Source: Owenia fusiformis (taxonomy: Eukaryota). From it: 64,000 bases of DNA. The notes under the pieces are model-generated. The model ran no database searches. It was not told the origin of the DNA and was given only the letters and a program-made list of their open reading frames with translations. The position numbers and the translations under genes were made by a program. Location: positions 13,764,001 to 13,828,000 of the forward strand of contig CAIIXF020000001.1 in assembly GCA_903813345.2 (NCBI GenBank), in the 5' to 3' direction. Each line of letters opens with the position of its first letter. Within the stretch, counting starts at the first letter, position 1. Positions 1 through 12,647 of the stretch are shown one piece after another.

Positions 1-469
1 AAGAGTTCAATAGAATACATGTATATTGGTCAGTTTCAGTTCTGAAATTCCAGTTTGAAAAATACACAAAAATGGCGAAAAGGAAATTAAATGCAGTGTT
101 CTCCCCAAAAAAAATTTTCAACTGGGTGCAAGATTTCAAGTCTAAAAAAATCAGCACTCGCTACGCTCACAATATCTCAGTGTAGGTGCTTACTTCACTC
201 ATTCTTTAAATCAGAAGTTGAAGTGCAGATGCCAACTGGGTGCCAACTGGGTGGCCTTTTGTTTCAAGTAGGGGGAGCCCCCGGTAAAAGTGACATGGGG
301 AGATCACTGAAATGTGACAATTTATTTAATTAGTCTTACCACCACACACAGACATGTATAGTCAACATCATCTGAAAGAATACACCCAAGAAGAATTGCT
401 GTTAAAGGGATTGTTCCTGGTATAAAATCAACTAACACTAACACTCCAGTATGACCATGACAAACTGCA

Positions 470-1160
470 GGGCAAATACATGGCAAATGAAATTCCATCC
501 CTCAAAATGCTATGTACTGAGTATTCATAGACGTAAATCACCCATCACACACAAGTACACTATGTTAGGGGAAGAATTAAAATCTGTGACTCACATTCCA
601 TATCTAGGAATTGAAATAACCAACAACCTCAACTGAACCACACACATACAAACAGTAGTATCAAAATCTAACAAGGGTCTAGGCTTCCTTCCGCTCAACC
701 TCCATCAGTGCCCAGAAAACATTAAAGCCCGGGCATACAAGTCACTAGTACAGCCAAACCTAGAATATGCTAGTGCAGCATGGGATCCTTACCACCAGAT
801 AGATTTCAAAATCCTGGAACAGGTACAAAAGAGAGCAGCCAGATTTGTTACCAAATGTCACTCTAAGGGAACCAGACTGTGTCACCCAAGCTCTCAAAGA
901 CATCTGCAGTGGGAATAGCTACAATCGCGAAGAGAGGCCTCCAGACTTTCCCCTTTCTATAAAGAAACTCACAACTTAGCATCCATCTCTATACCCACAT
1001 ACTTCAGCCCTCAAACAAACACAAGCACTGCCACTAGACTGTTCCATCCATCCAAATTTATCCAAGCAGCTGCCAGAACGGATGTATACAAGTTTAGCTA
1101 CTTTCTAAGGACAATAGTAAAATGGAACCCTCTGTCTAGTAATATTTTGGACAGTGATCA
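470..1160 (+). mobile_element. Degenerate 3' fragment of a CR1/L2-group LINE ORF2 (RT thumb region)
   Basis: Translation WQMKFHPSKC...YLGIEITNNLN*TTHI...LGFL...AYKSLVQPNLEYASAAWDP...LEQVQKRAARF is typical of the C-terminal part of these LINE RTs; contains a stop and frameshifts. Confidence 0.8.
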
Positions 1161-2588
1161 GGTGATAGCTTATACAGTTTTAAAGATCTAATAGCAAAGG
1201 TTTTGCAAAAATAAATCAATGCAGTGTAAAACAAATGTATGTATAATGAAGAAATAAATATTTAATGAAAAAAATAGATATGTGTTTGTAATATTGGTAT
1301 TAACTTAAGATTAAAAAGTGTCACTATCTCTTTCATTTTTCAACAAATATAGGCTCACCTGACATATGACGCGGGGCAGTCAATTTTGATCTATCGTAGA
1401 CCATATCAGTATCAAACTGCCGATATTTCAACCTCGTCTTGCGAGGCCATTTTTATTTGAAACATCTTGAATTTGGTGTCAAAATAAAGCTGGTCACGCC
1501 CACTTTCAGAGTTATCAATGAATCATTTACTACGACTACTATATTCATTTAGGAGGCGTGTAAAGTTAACCAATCAGAAAGACAATTGCTCCATATATGA
1601 CAGTTCATTAACATATTCAGTGTTTACTATTGTTTTTCGCGTCATGACAACACGAGTAGTAACCAATCAAAATGCCGTATTTTATCACGTGAGTTCAGAG
1701 TGACATGCACGACATGTAAGTTTAGTCTGAGCTGATCGCGATGTTGAACAATTTCTTCTCGGAATTTGTCCAGAGAAATCAGCGATTCTAAATTAAGGTA
1801 GGATCTCCCATTTCTTCCTGTACAAGTTTTAACTTATCTCTATCGAATCCTAAAGTTTTGGATGAAGATATGAAGCATACGTTTAAAAACGAAGCGATTA
1901 ATTTGACGATCTGATTTTGCAATTTGCAATGGCCAATTTACTGCAAGTCTGCGTGTATTTGACAAGAGATAGCGCCAAGTCTTGTATCCGAATGCTTGTT
2001 AAGCCACTCAAAAACAAGATCCATATTTTCTAAATTTGATAACTTTGCAGAGAGCCCGTTTTCATAACCTGTTTTCCGCGTCTAAATTCAAACTGAGTAG
2101 GATTATAGGATCGCTGGGATTCTCAGTCAATGGCAACGGGTCTTCATTCCAGAACGCACATTTTTTTAGTTGATTCTCCGTCATAGTACTTGTCTAAAGT
2201 CCATATCTGCTCTTTTACTGGCATACTTGGACATATTTCCCCTCCTTAAATTGTCCTCCTTAAATAACACCCTCTCGCCGATTTATATATAGCCATTTCC
2301 CAGAACCCGGGAGTCAGAATCGCTGATGTTTGCCATATTGAACATGTTGAAATATGTACTGTAATATCTGTAATACTAGGCATTGCCTGCTACGCGTAAG
2401 GGTCACGTGACTAGCGCGATACAGGAAAAATGGGGAATTTCGAAACAACAATTTTTGGGCACTTTTATTGCAAATTTCAGGTATTTATAAGTGTTTGTGG
2501 TATAAAATATAATCCACAGACATAAATGAACATCCAAACTACATATTTTATTACGTTTTGGAGCCTTTTTTGCTTTTAAAATGACATC

Positions 2589-2973
2589 TTTAAGGTAAGT
2601 CTGCATGTTCAGAATTTTGCTGCAATCTTCAATTGAGTGACACATGTTATTTTTCAAATAGAAATCACTTCTTCTCCACATTGTCTACACTATTGTCTCT
2701 TTTGCAAAAAGAGTGCACTTATGTGCCTAGAAGACAGTAAAGAAGTTTTTTTGTAAAATGTATAAAAAAGAGAAAATTCAGTGAGAATTTTTTTTAATAT
2801 ACATTTTACAAAACAAATCTTCTCACCAGTATTTTCTAGGTTCATTAGTGCACTCTTTGTGCAAAACTGAAAGATGTAGACAATTTGGGGAAGGAGTGAT
2901 TCCTATTTGAAAAATAAAATATGACTCAATTGAGGAATGCAGCAAAATTCTGAACATGCAGACTTAACTTTAA
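2589..2973. repeat. Imperfect foldback palindrome / MITE (~190 bp arms)
   Basis: taagtctgcatgttcagaattttgctgca at ~2597 is the reverse complement of tgcagcaaaattctgaacatgcagactta at ~2938; complementarity continues to a centre near 2780. Confidence 0.85.
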
Positions 2974-4019
2974 TCTGTCAGCAAGCAGCTTAACAATTAA
3001 GCTTTGTGTTTTAGCAATAGGTCTATGGTAAATGGGCCAACCAGGGAGTTTCCTTTCAATTTTAAAATGAGTTGTAACCAAACCATAGAGGCATAGATCT
3101 ATTATCTGATTATTTAAATGTTAGGTTTAAATTATATTTCATTCAAATTCTATCACTGTTAAACTATATATCTGCTTCAAATGGGCTTATTAGCCTTCAG
3201 CAGATTATTAATGTACATGTAGATGATTTCATGACAACGTTTTTAGGTTGTATTGGCCAGATATCAAAATTGAAGCTTTTTAGGTGTATCTCACTGTCAG
3301 CCCATAATAATGAACTTACTCCTAGCACCATTTTGACCAGAAGTTATTGTGATCAACTCTTTTTATGGTTTTATTTACTCGAGTCTCTAGCCAATACTTG
3401 GCTAGAGGGGATTTCATCTGGAATACGTGAACTCTATTTGAAAAAAGCTGGCCGGGGTGTCATAAATTAATTGAATATTTTAAAAATCGCCAGATAAATA
3501 AATCATTAATCAAACCGGACCCAGCTCGGCTCCTTGATGAGATATGACATGATTTCGACAGGATTTCGTCTAAAATTAAAACAAAATGGCTCCAAGAAAA
3601 ATGGCAATGTTCGAAAACTGGACGAAATGTCGTTAACGTCTGACATTAGTAACTGGCTGTAAATTCTAAGTTAGCGATCCAGAAAATGTGAACTAATACA
3701 CTGATCACTTTATGTGTGTTTTGGAATTTTTGGTGAGGTAATAAGACCAAAACTCGCAATTCAAATTGTGATGTGGAAAAATGGCGTACATATGATTTCA
3801 AATTTTATGATTACGACATGACCAGTTGTTCATGCAGGAATATATCTGTACTGGAAGGCCACGATACAGTGGCCTTAGAAAAAGGTAAGGTTTTATATAC
3901 TGGGTTAGTCATTTTGACTGGAAGTGTCTCAAGTCTGAGATACAGGGTGGACGAGTTTTTGTTTCCAAAATATTGCATAGTTCATTTTTGAGCCACCTTT
4001 CTGTGTTGTGTTTGCAGGA

Positions 4020-4049
4020 CCCCCCCCCCCCCCACACACACACACACAC
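4020..4049. repeat. Poly-C run plus (CA)n microsatellite
   Basis: Seen directly. Confidence 0.9.
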
Positions 4050-6191
4050 TGTACCCAGGCCAGGAGCACCGGTGAAACGCAGAGGTTGAATCTTCACCTA
4101 AATATTGGATTTAAGCAACCAACCATTTCAACGAGTCTATGGAATCAATTTGTGAGCAGGAAGCACTAAAAACCACATACAACATATGTATATAACCCCC
4201 ATGAGATCGACATGACGACGTCTTCAAAAATTAAAAATTATTTCGACATATGGAATTTTTAACTTCCATTTATGGAGTGTTTTGGGAAGTATAAGCTCTA
4301 TAAATCAATCAAGACGATGGAGTAAGTGGTTGTGTATTGAAATATTACGAACTAATATAAGCAGCTGTCCCCATACGTATACAATAACCAAATCTTACCA
4401 CTTTTCTTTTACTTTTGGTCTTTCTCCGTTCAGCCATTTTGGTTTTTACTAAATTTAAAACTCCACTGAACGAAAAAAGATTCAGACAATTTTTATTCCC
4501 GGGTGGATTTGAGCGGCTCTCAATGCCTTTGATTCATTTGTACTGTAGGTTAGTCCCAGGAGGTTAGTCCTACCACGACTCTACTTGAATTGGTACATTT
4601 AAGGTGAATCCCAACTATGGCATTTATTATGGTTGAGAAATAAGGATCGAAACCAGCCAAAGTGTTAAATGTGGGGGGGGGCACTTGAAATGTGACGGTG
4701 TGTCATTGAGTCCGCCTTTCGTCCTGTCACACAGGCTGAATGCTACATGTAGATGTATTATAGGAAATATGATGTACTAAGAATTTGCAACTATCTTTGA
4801 TTTTAAGAGTATTGGTTCTCAGTTTAAACATTAGGCCCATTCTTCAACACGCATGATATTAAAAGTGCAGTGTCTAATAAAAGCACAATTAGACTGTAAC
4901 CCCCTGATGTTTTTGGATCTAAAAGATGTATAAAAAGTTGGCCAGTCTACTGATCAACTTTGAGGCTTCAACCACTTCGTAACGCGATCAATTTGACGAT
5001 TGTCCACAGATATTACTTTTCTACTGGCTAGTAACAGTCGAAATGAAATTGAAAAAATTTGTTCGTTTTGTTTTTTTCATTTAGAATCACAACACATTTT
5101 TTGTTATCTTTCCACATGACTTAAGAAAAAAATTAGTCATATTTATTACTTTCAAGAGTTTCATAATTATCTATCTATCTACTTAGAAAAATGGTTGTAC
5201 GCTTTGGGCTTACTGCGTTTTATCTGACAGTTGGTTGTTCTGATGGCTTTTCTGTTAATTTCCCAATATATCGGAGATATTTTACCCTCAATTTGTTCTC
5301 AAGATATATATTTTAGGTATGTAAGATATTACATGAGCAATTATAATGGGACATCACTGATTGTCTGGGGCCGGGGGAGAATCCTAGGCGATATTCCCCC
5401 TTTAATGACATCACTGTTGCCGAATGAAGGTCCGGGATGAAGGTCCCTTGGTGTTGTGAACTTGAATTGTGGTCGATCGAATGGTACTTGAATGGCGGGG
5501 AGGGAGCATCAAACATTGTTCCTCCTACATTACATCGTTGCCGGTTGAGACTAGTTTACCATATAGCCGGTGTGCCCTTAGATCTTTTCTTTTCTGTACA
5601 ACTTTTGCTCCTTTCCCTTTAGAAGGCCACCTGTGGATATCATTTTGCAGTGATGGAGGGAGATAATTTCATAGTTTTCCTCCGCTCCCCGGGCCACGAA
5701 TATGATATGACTGGAATTGTTGTTCTCAGTCCAAGAATGCATTATGGTAATAGGACGTACATTTGTGCATCAAAATGGGGCAGACGAACTGTTTTATTTC
5801 AATCAATCCCACCACTCAAAAGAACACGAAACAGCATTATTCAGTTTAGGTTATTTTTATTCATCCTATGCAATATATGCAATTTATTAATAATTTTACA
5901 CGGCAGGCACAAAGGCCTACGTCAGGAATCCAAGCTTATAAGTAAAATCCTCAACATAACTGATACACTTTTAAATAATAATTCTATTCTGCTATCTAAA
6001 TTGTATTTAATTACTAACTGATTAAATAATTGACTAATTATGACAAATGGACATCAAAATGCAGGGACGATTCTCCATTCTCCAAGGAGAACATAGGCTA
6101 AGAATATGATAAGCCACAACAAAATGACTTCATGCACCGTATAAACATCTAAATAACTAAAACGTCACGAATTTCTTCTAGTTCGGAACTC

Positions 6192-6703
6192 AACAAGGCA
6201 ATACATGTCACCAACTGGTTAGTTATTGCAAATGATTAAACATGTTAAAAATCTACTTATTTGTTGCCATGGTAACATTTTAGGTCAATGTGTCTATGCA
6301 TTCTTAAGTTACAATATATAACAAATTTGAGAAATGTTTAAAGACAAATAGTCTGTTTCCATGGTAACAGATATTCATTGCCATGGTAACTGAATCTGCC
6401 AAAATATGTTAAAAGTCGTCAATGTCTTTATGTTTTAACAAAAAAATTAATGACCATGTGAACACTTCTTTTTAAATTACTACAAATGGTAACAAACGGT
6501 AACAGGTCCACTTATTTGTTGCCATGGTAACAGAAATGTATTGGAACCTCAGATATTCACAGTAAAAAATCAAGTCACTCTAAAAAGTACTTGTTAAAGT
6601 TATTGGAAGTTGTAAGAATTTGTTACGTGCGCCGACCGCCGAACATCGTCCACAAGTTGGAGACTATAACAACATGTTACCACTTCTGGTGGTGACATAA
6701 AAA
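6192..6703 (-). mobile_element. Non-autonomous Helentron/DINE-like element (HINE)
   Basis: Minus-strand head ttttatgtcaccaccagaagtggtaacatgttgttatagtctcc matches the head at 60537; tail tggtgacat...gccttgt matches 61685-61714; internal gttgccatggtaac repeats. Superfamily inferred from architecture. Confidence 0.6.
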
Positions 6704-6923
6704 TGGATACATATACAGCGGATCGAGACATAATATAATATGTATATCTGTAGTACAAGTCTCTGGTGTCAGTAAGGTTCAGATACATATAAACACCCAT
6801 GTCAAGAAACTAATGATGGTAATGATAATCAGTACAATTAGTTTCTAAAACTATATACACATTCAAACAAAATATTAATATCACTATTCATTCTTAAACT
6901 ATTCCTGAAGCATAGTCACGGTG

Positions 6924-7191
6924 ACTATCCAGGCCCCGTATATCCCGTGCAAGTTCCCGCTGACATCGCGTGCAATAAGTTCATGTTAGAAGCGGGGTTT
7001 GAGAGATATGATAAATATAGTTAAGTTGAAGAACGTCGTTGCACTGCAATTAAAATAGCCATTGTACAATGAAATAAATTTTGTCCTAAAGTTTCATAGA
7101 AAATGTTATATATCAACTTCATCATATCTCTCAAGGCCCCGCTTCTAACACATGAGCTCATTGCTCGTGATGTCAGCGGAGCCTGGATAGT
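6924..7191. repeat. Foldback palindrome downstream of the gene A stop codon (probable 3' UTR)
   Basis: actatccaggc...gctgacatc...tgttagaagcgggg..tgagagatatga pairs with tcatatctctca..ccccgcttctaaca...gatgtcagc..gcctggatagt. Confidence 0.85.
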
Positions 7192-7367
7192 TGGTTGGCC
7201 AATAGACTTGCTTTTAAACTCGCTCGTTATTCAATCCGTTCATTCAAAGAAGCTATAACATATGTTGATATTCCATTGGAAAGGCATCTTGATTAGCAAT
7301 AAACTGATAAAGAAGTCTGGGTCTCGACAGATATTGCCTCTTAAAAATTATTCCTTAATTCAAAGTC

Positions 7368-7814
7368 TCACTTTTCATTAGGATTAAATATATGTGGAAT
7401 AGAGAAGAATACGGCAAGTGTTGAGGCCAACGTAAACGTAAGAAACACCCATAGGCACATTCTGTCAATAACCATTGCTGCAAATTTCCAATCGTTGATT
7501 TCCTCACCACTTTCATTATCCTCTTTGATTTTGTTAGTTATGGATCTTAATTCCCTGAGGATCATTTTTAGTTCTGTTTTAGTGATAAAGTTATCGTCCT
7601 GTTGCATGGATGGCATATCCCCGAAACTTGATGGTGTGTACGGATAGTAATCATCATCATCTTTAATGTTCATTATCAGGCTTTTAGAGGGCTGTAGTTG
7701 TTTTTCTAAGTCTCTCATAGCTGATTTTCTCTTGAGACTGCGTCTTGAAATGTCTCTGCCTGGGCGATGCAAGCGGACGACCCATGCACCCCACTCGCAG
7801 ATCAACGTTTTCAC
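7368..7814 (-). CDS. Gene A exon 10 (M3-M4 loop, M4, stop)
   Basis: Acceptor ttttaag|[11 protein letters not shown]...[16 protein letters not shown]...FNPNEK*. Confidence 0.93.
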   Translation of the reverse strand: MKTLICEWGAWVVRLHRPGRDISRRSLKRKSAMRDLEKQLQPSKSLIMNIKDDDDYYPYTPSSFGDMPSMQQDDNFITKTELKMILRELRSITNKIKEDNESGEEINDWKFAAMVIDRMCLWVFLTFTLASTLAVFFSIPHIFNPNEK

Positions 7815-10800
7815 CTTAAAATGAATACCGTAGTTGTTATCAATTGAATAGTCTTCTCAGTGGTCTAGGGGTGAAATAAACTTAGTATTTTCAGGTTTTG
7901 TGAACAATGGAACTTAGACTTGAAATATACAGGGTGTTCCAAAAATATGTATCAGGGAATCGGAATCAACTGACATAGGGATAAAGGAGAAGATGACCTA
8001 ATGGTTTTTAACATTGTGTCAATGGGGATTTAGCATATAAGCTTTTTCAGAAAACTTAAAAATCCTTGGAAATTGAATACAGGAAAATAACTGTGCATAA
8101 AGTTGTTTTAACAGAAAAATTCCATACAGAATTCAAATATGTCATCAAATAGAAGAAAATGATAGTCTTTGATGACAAAAATGCATATCTCATAAATGAA
8201 AAGCGAGACTTGAACGAGATTTCAAAGTTATAGTAAAGCCTATTCACCTCAATGTTCCACGGAAGAACTATTCGGAGGAGGTTCAAAATTGCTTTGAACA
8301 TCCATGACATCAAGTTATTGATCACATCAATGGATGCAGTAATCATGTAAATGAATGAAAATGGGTATTTTCCCCCCAAATGAATCGAAATATTTACAGG
8401 GAAAAAACAATTCGAAGAAATGGTATCACGTACCCAGCTTGGCATTATGTACATGTCTGGATTCCTGTGGTGGAAGTTGAGAACTAACACAGTCAGGCAA
8501 ACTGATAAGGTACACATTACCATGATGCAGGCAAAATATACAGCTGCAAAAACATTAGAATCAGCTTGAAATTAAACACGAATATGATTGAATTTAAGTT
8601 TCACAAATGAGTAAAAAAACAAATTACTATTCATTCAGATACTCTGTTACTCAAAAATATTATATAGCGTTATAGGACTTCAGACAAAATGATGGTTTCC
8701 GCAAATGATATACCATTGCATGGAGAAGGTCGTCATTTCCTTTGTTATAACGAACATCTGAGTAAAAAATAAATTGTGTCTGTGAGGTTATCTTAGCATT
8801 TTAAGAAAAATAACTTGATCCCCATAGCGGACAAATGTTCTGATCTCACCCTGTAAATATATTCCCCATCAAACATACCTAATATCGGGACTGATCCTGA
8901 GGTGGCGGGTATCATTTCAGCCACAATCATCATAAACACAGATAAGGCTAGCAGAATTGTCACACCTACATGGTAAAAATATATTGTGATCAGTACTAGT
9001 AGTATTATACAATAAGATATATTTCAATTTACGTGTGTTTTTTAAAAAAGGTACAAAACGTTACAAAAAATAATCGAAAATACATTTCTTACAAGCCCCT
9101 TTTAATCAAGGTGTTAATGTTCTTACCCAATCCGATTTTTTCTCCTGCATCGGGAGGAAGCACAAAGAGAAGAATGGAAATCGAAGAGATCATGAAACAC
9201 GGGATGATCAAATTGAAGCCATAGTACAGTGTCTTGCGTCTTATGTGTAAAGTGAAGGTAACATCAGGGTATTCTTCAATACAGCACTCATATTTAAAAA
9301 TGTTTCTTTCTGCTGGGTGAGCTGAAAAACAAAAAAAATATAACTAGAAATATTAATGATAGTAAAAAATAATCCAGGGAAAATAATACTGCAGGGAAAA
9401 ATAAGTTGAATTTTTTCATTTGTCCGGAGTTTGTTTCCTTCCTTTGCGATTCAATGCTCCATTTACCAATTCTATGGTTTCTTCATTAATTTTTGGATTT
9501 TATTTTCCCATTTGGCAACCGTACTCGTATATCAATACATACTTACAATGACTTATAACTGAATTTATATAAATAGATGATACCTAACACAGCCCATTCT
9601 CCACTCTCTTGGTAGGTTGACATATCAATCTCGTTCCATTTCAGGGTTAGATTAATTTTTCCTGCATCATAAGTCCATGAACCAAATTTCATTATACACT
9701 TTTGTTCATCAAATGGAAACCTATAAACATCACGACTTGTTTTAAATTATAGTTGATTTTCTACAATTGATTAGTAAGAAACAACACAAAATGTCCCTTC
9801 TCATCCCTTTGCTATAACTTTTGTTCTGCTGGTTTTTCCTTTTGAAACTTTCACTGACAATCAGCATATTACCATTAAAGTTATTGTTACTATGGTAACC
9901 GTTGTTAAAGATCAACTCACCATTTAATGTTTATTGAACAGGATGATATGTAGAGTCCAATTGGTACCCAGGTAAGAAGGCCACTAGAATACACAACAAT
10001 GTTTGTCGAAAACTTCGAGTCAATATCTTCGTCAGCACTGAAAAGCATAGAGTGTTTTTTGAAAAATAATTCAACTCATTTTATAGAGAGAAATGAAGGT
10101 TTATATGAGCGATGAATATGATAATGCTAAGTTTAGCAGCAATGGATAAAATGGAAACTTTCAAATTTTGTCAATGACGGTTTATCCGAATATCTACTGA
10201 AAATCGTATCATACAATCGCTTCCACTAAGAGTTTAATCATATAAATAGACAAAATGGAACTAAATTCCTGGAGTAAACACATTGTATTACCTATTATAC
10301 ATTAATATATCTGGTGTCCAGATCTTTTTAGCTGGAAGACGAATACTTGTAATATTTCCATAATCCTCTGGATTCCACTTCAGCTTATAATCGTGCCATG
10401 CCTGGATATATATTTCTATACATTTATATTTTAATGTCTATTCAAATGAAAAAAAGCAATAAAGTAGAATCATCCAGACACAATTACAGTATGGGACTTA
10501 GTAATAGCATAGTATAGTGCAACGCAGTGTTGTTTAATGTTGTGTTTTATTGTGTAGTGTGGTGTAGTGTAGTGTAGTGTAGTGCTGTGCTGTGAAGTAA
10601 AGTATATTATGTTATGGTATGATATGGTATGGTATAGTTTAATATTATTTTTATATAAAAATATACATAAGTATGTACATATGTATAAAAGCCTTTAAGA
10701 AGAAATAAAATATAGCTGATGAATGTAGATATATATTGATAATAATATCTAAATTGATTATTCAATTACTTGAAATATACTTACATAGTCTAGCCATACA

Positions 10801-12647
10801 TTAGTGTTTAATACTTCATTCTTTTCATCCTGTAAAGTTCAATCAATACAAAGAAATACATATCGAAATTACTATTTGATTTCCGAAATTATTACACGGT
10901 TTGTGAAATGAGAGGATGACTAAAATTTATACAAATTTAGAGCTACTTAAATAATTCAGATAAAACTACAAGGTAGACAAATATCCTTGTTTCATTTTGC
11001 TATAATTTTCTTCACAATTCATGAATTTCAATAAAATTGTTTTGCGGATGATGCAAACTTGAATCATCGTGACTAAACTCAAAAATGATTCCTGCACCTT
11101 CATTAAAAGTAATCGCCAAATAAAAATATGGACGTCTTTTGGCTCGCCCCTTTTATAGAAAGTGTTATTGATTAGCACACATTGTAGATATACTCCTCAA
11201 AAAAAGTTAAGGACCAGTATTTTTCCTCATAGGTTTACATGTTAAACCCTATGTATCTTTAAACTCTATTCTCTAAGCCCGAAACGAAAGAAAAACTAAT
11301 AATGTAAATGAATTTGTACCTTGACTCTATTCTCTATATTTCAGAAAATTTTCAATTTAATCTCTCTATTACAATAGGTCAAAAATTGATGTCAAGGAAC
11401 CCATGTTAACCAATGTGAAATGGTGGGTTGGGGGCAAATCAGATTTTTGGATATGTTTTCGGTAAAACATTTATCAAAAATAATTTCTGAGTAGAGAATT
11501 GAATTTGCTAACTTGTCTACAACAAAAAATTGATTTGTTTCTCCAGGTTTTACAAAGTTATTAGTCTCAAATAGTCAAAATCATTTCTCATTAAGCCTCT
11601 CATTGAAATAACACAGGGGGTAAAAAAAAACTTGAAAAAACTGGTCCTTAACTTTTTTTAGGAGTATATGTTAAGTCTGAAATACTACGCATGCTGTAAA
11701 GGATGGCACTAAAACATAACACACAAACCAATCTGTATAAAGAATATTTCAGGACATCCATTCACTATGGGCCTGGAATGGGGTCCAAATGCACCACATA
11801 TACTACCCAAATTAGGCTATTTCTGGTAGAGGTTATTTCTGTATTTTTATTTTAAACAAGAAGTGGAATACCCCAGAATTGATGATTAAAAGATGAACCT
11901 CTCGACAGAATTCATATCTAGGAGATAATTCAATTCTATGGAAATTCCCCATCTATTTCAAACAATAGTAGTGAGAAAGCACAAAAAGAGCAACACCTGA
12001 AAAAACTCCACAATCCCTATATAAGTCACAAAGAAAAATCTAAGAATAGTAGTATATGACCTTTGGATGTAGAACCAGTTGGCTTTGAACGAGTACACAG
12101 GACAATAGCTAGTTTTTGCCAAGGGGGGGGGGTTAAAAAACTCCAGGGGGTCCACATTTGACAATTTTGGCCCAAACCACTTGAAAAATGTGCCTGTTAC
12201 ACCAAATAGTACAACGCTTGAGAGCTTGTCGTCTACTTATCAAAGGTGTACTGAAATGTTCTGTTACAATTTGGGCTTTTAGCAATTACTGAGTGGTAAT
12301 AGGGTTATAGTTTGTAATATTTGGGTATCAGTAGCTGCAATAAGTAAAGAAAGATACACACCAACGCGGAATCATTTCATCTCCTACCATATGTTTAGCA
12401 CTCTTAATATGTAAATATAGGCAGAAAACCATGCATACAATGCAAAAAGACACTCGTTTTGCAATATCCTGTTGTGAGCAAACCATACCACTTACAATTC
12501 CAATGATTTGTTGCAACGATATCCCAAATACGACTTGAAGTGAATCAGTCTCCGTAGCAACAGGCCGCCCAAGCATATTGTAATTACGCTTGTCCTTGTT
12601 AAATATTTCATCTATGAGTCTTTCCTCGTGTGGACCCTGCACGGATT
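7368..12647 (-). CDS. CHRNA7-like: Gene A: alpha7-like nAChR alpha subunit, exons 2-10 (signal-peptide exon not resolved)
   Basis: Nine exons with AG/GT ends join in frame: 12647-12496, 10829-10785, 10401-10292, 10037-9921, 9720-9584, 9321-9127, 8965-8879, 8543-8434, 7814-7368. They encode a Cys-loop ([15 protein letters not shown]), loop B WTYD, loop [12 protein letters not shown] before M2 and an M4 [10 protein letters not shown]. Exon sizes 45/110/195/87/110 equal those of CHRNA7. Confidence 0.95.
8434..8543 (-). CDS. Gene A exon 9 (M3)
   Basis: 110 nt; cag|CT...TGG|gtacgt; [37 protein letters not shown]. Confidence 0.95.
8879..8965 (-). CDS. Gene A exon 8 (M2)
   Basis: 87 nt; tag|GT...G|gtatg; [29 protein letters not shown]. 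Confidence 0.95.
9127..9321 (-). CDS. Gene A exon 7 (loop C, M1)
   Basis: 195 nt; [65 protein letters not shown]. Confidence 0.95.
9584..9720 (-). CDS. Gene A exon 6 (Cys-loop 3' half, loop B)
   Basis: 137 nt; [45 protein letters not shown]. Confidence 0.95.
9921..10037 (-). CDS. Gene A exon 5
   Basis: 117 nt; [39 protein letters not shown]. Confidence 0.95.
10292..10401 (-). CDS. Gene A exon 4 (single copy, 4b-type)
   Basis: 110 nt; [37 protein letters not shown]. Confidence 0.95.
10550..10636. repeat. Degenerate pentamer microsatellites (gtgta)n / (tatgg)n in gene A intron 3
   Basis: Seen directly. Confidence 0.8.
10785..10829 (-). CDS. Gene A exon 3 (loop D)
   Basis: 45 nt; cag|GAT...TAT|gtaagt; [15 protein letters not shown]. 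Confidence 0.95.
11191..11666. mobile_element. Tc1/mariner-type MITE in gene A intron 2
   Basis: TIRs tactcctcaaaaaaagttaaggaccagt / actggtccttaactttttttaggagta, each flanked by TA; interior resembles 59760-60030. Confidence 0.75.
12496..12647 (-). CDS. Gene A exon 2 (single copy, 2a-type)
   Basis: 152 nt; tag|AA TCC...ATT|gtaagt; [50 protein letters not shown]. Confidence 0.95.

Noticed and set aside
1350-2420. Possible DNA-transposon-derived segment with partially inverted ends
   Set aside because: TIR match too weak and no TSD or coding similarity to define it.
8056-8433. Extension of the 155-aa ORF beyond exon 9 of gene A (also ORF run-ons at 12328, 19467, 20589)
   Set aside because: Read-through into introns past canonical donors; no nAChR similarity beyond the donor.
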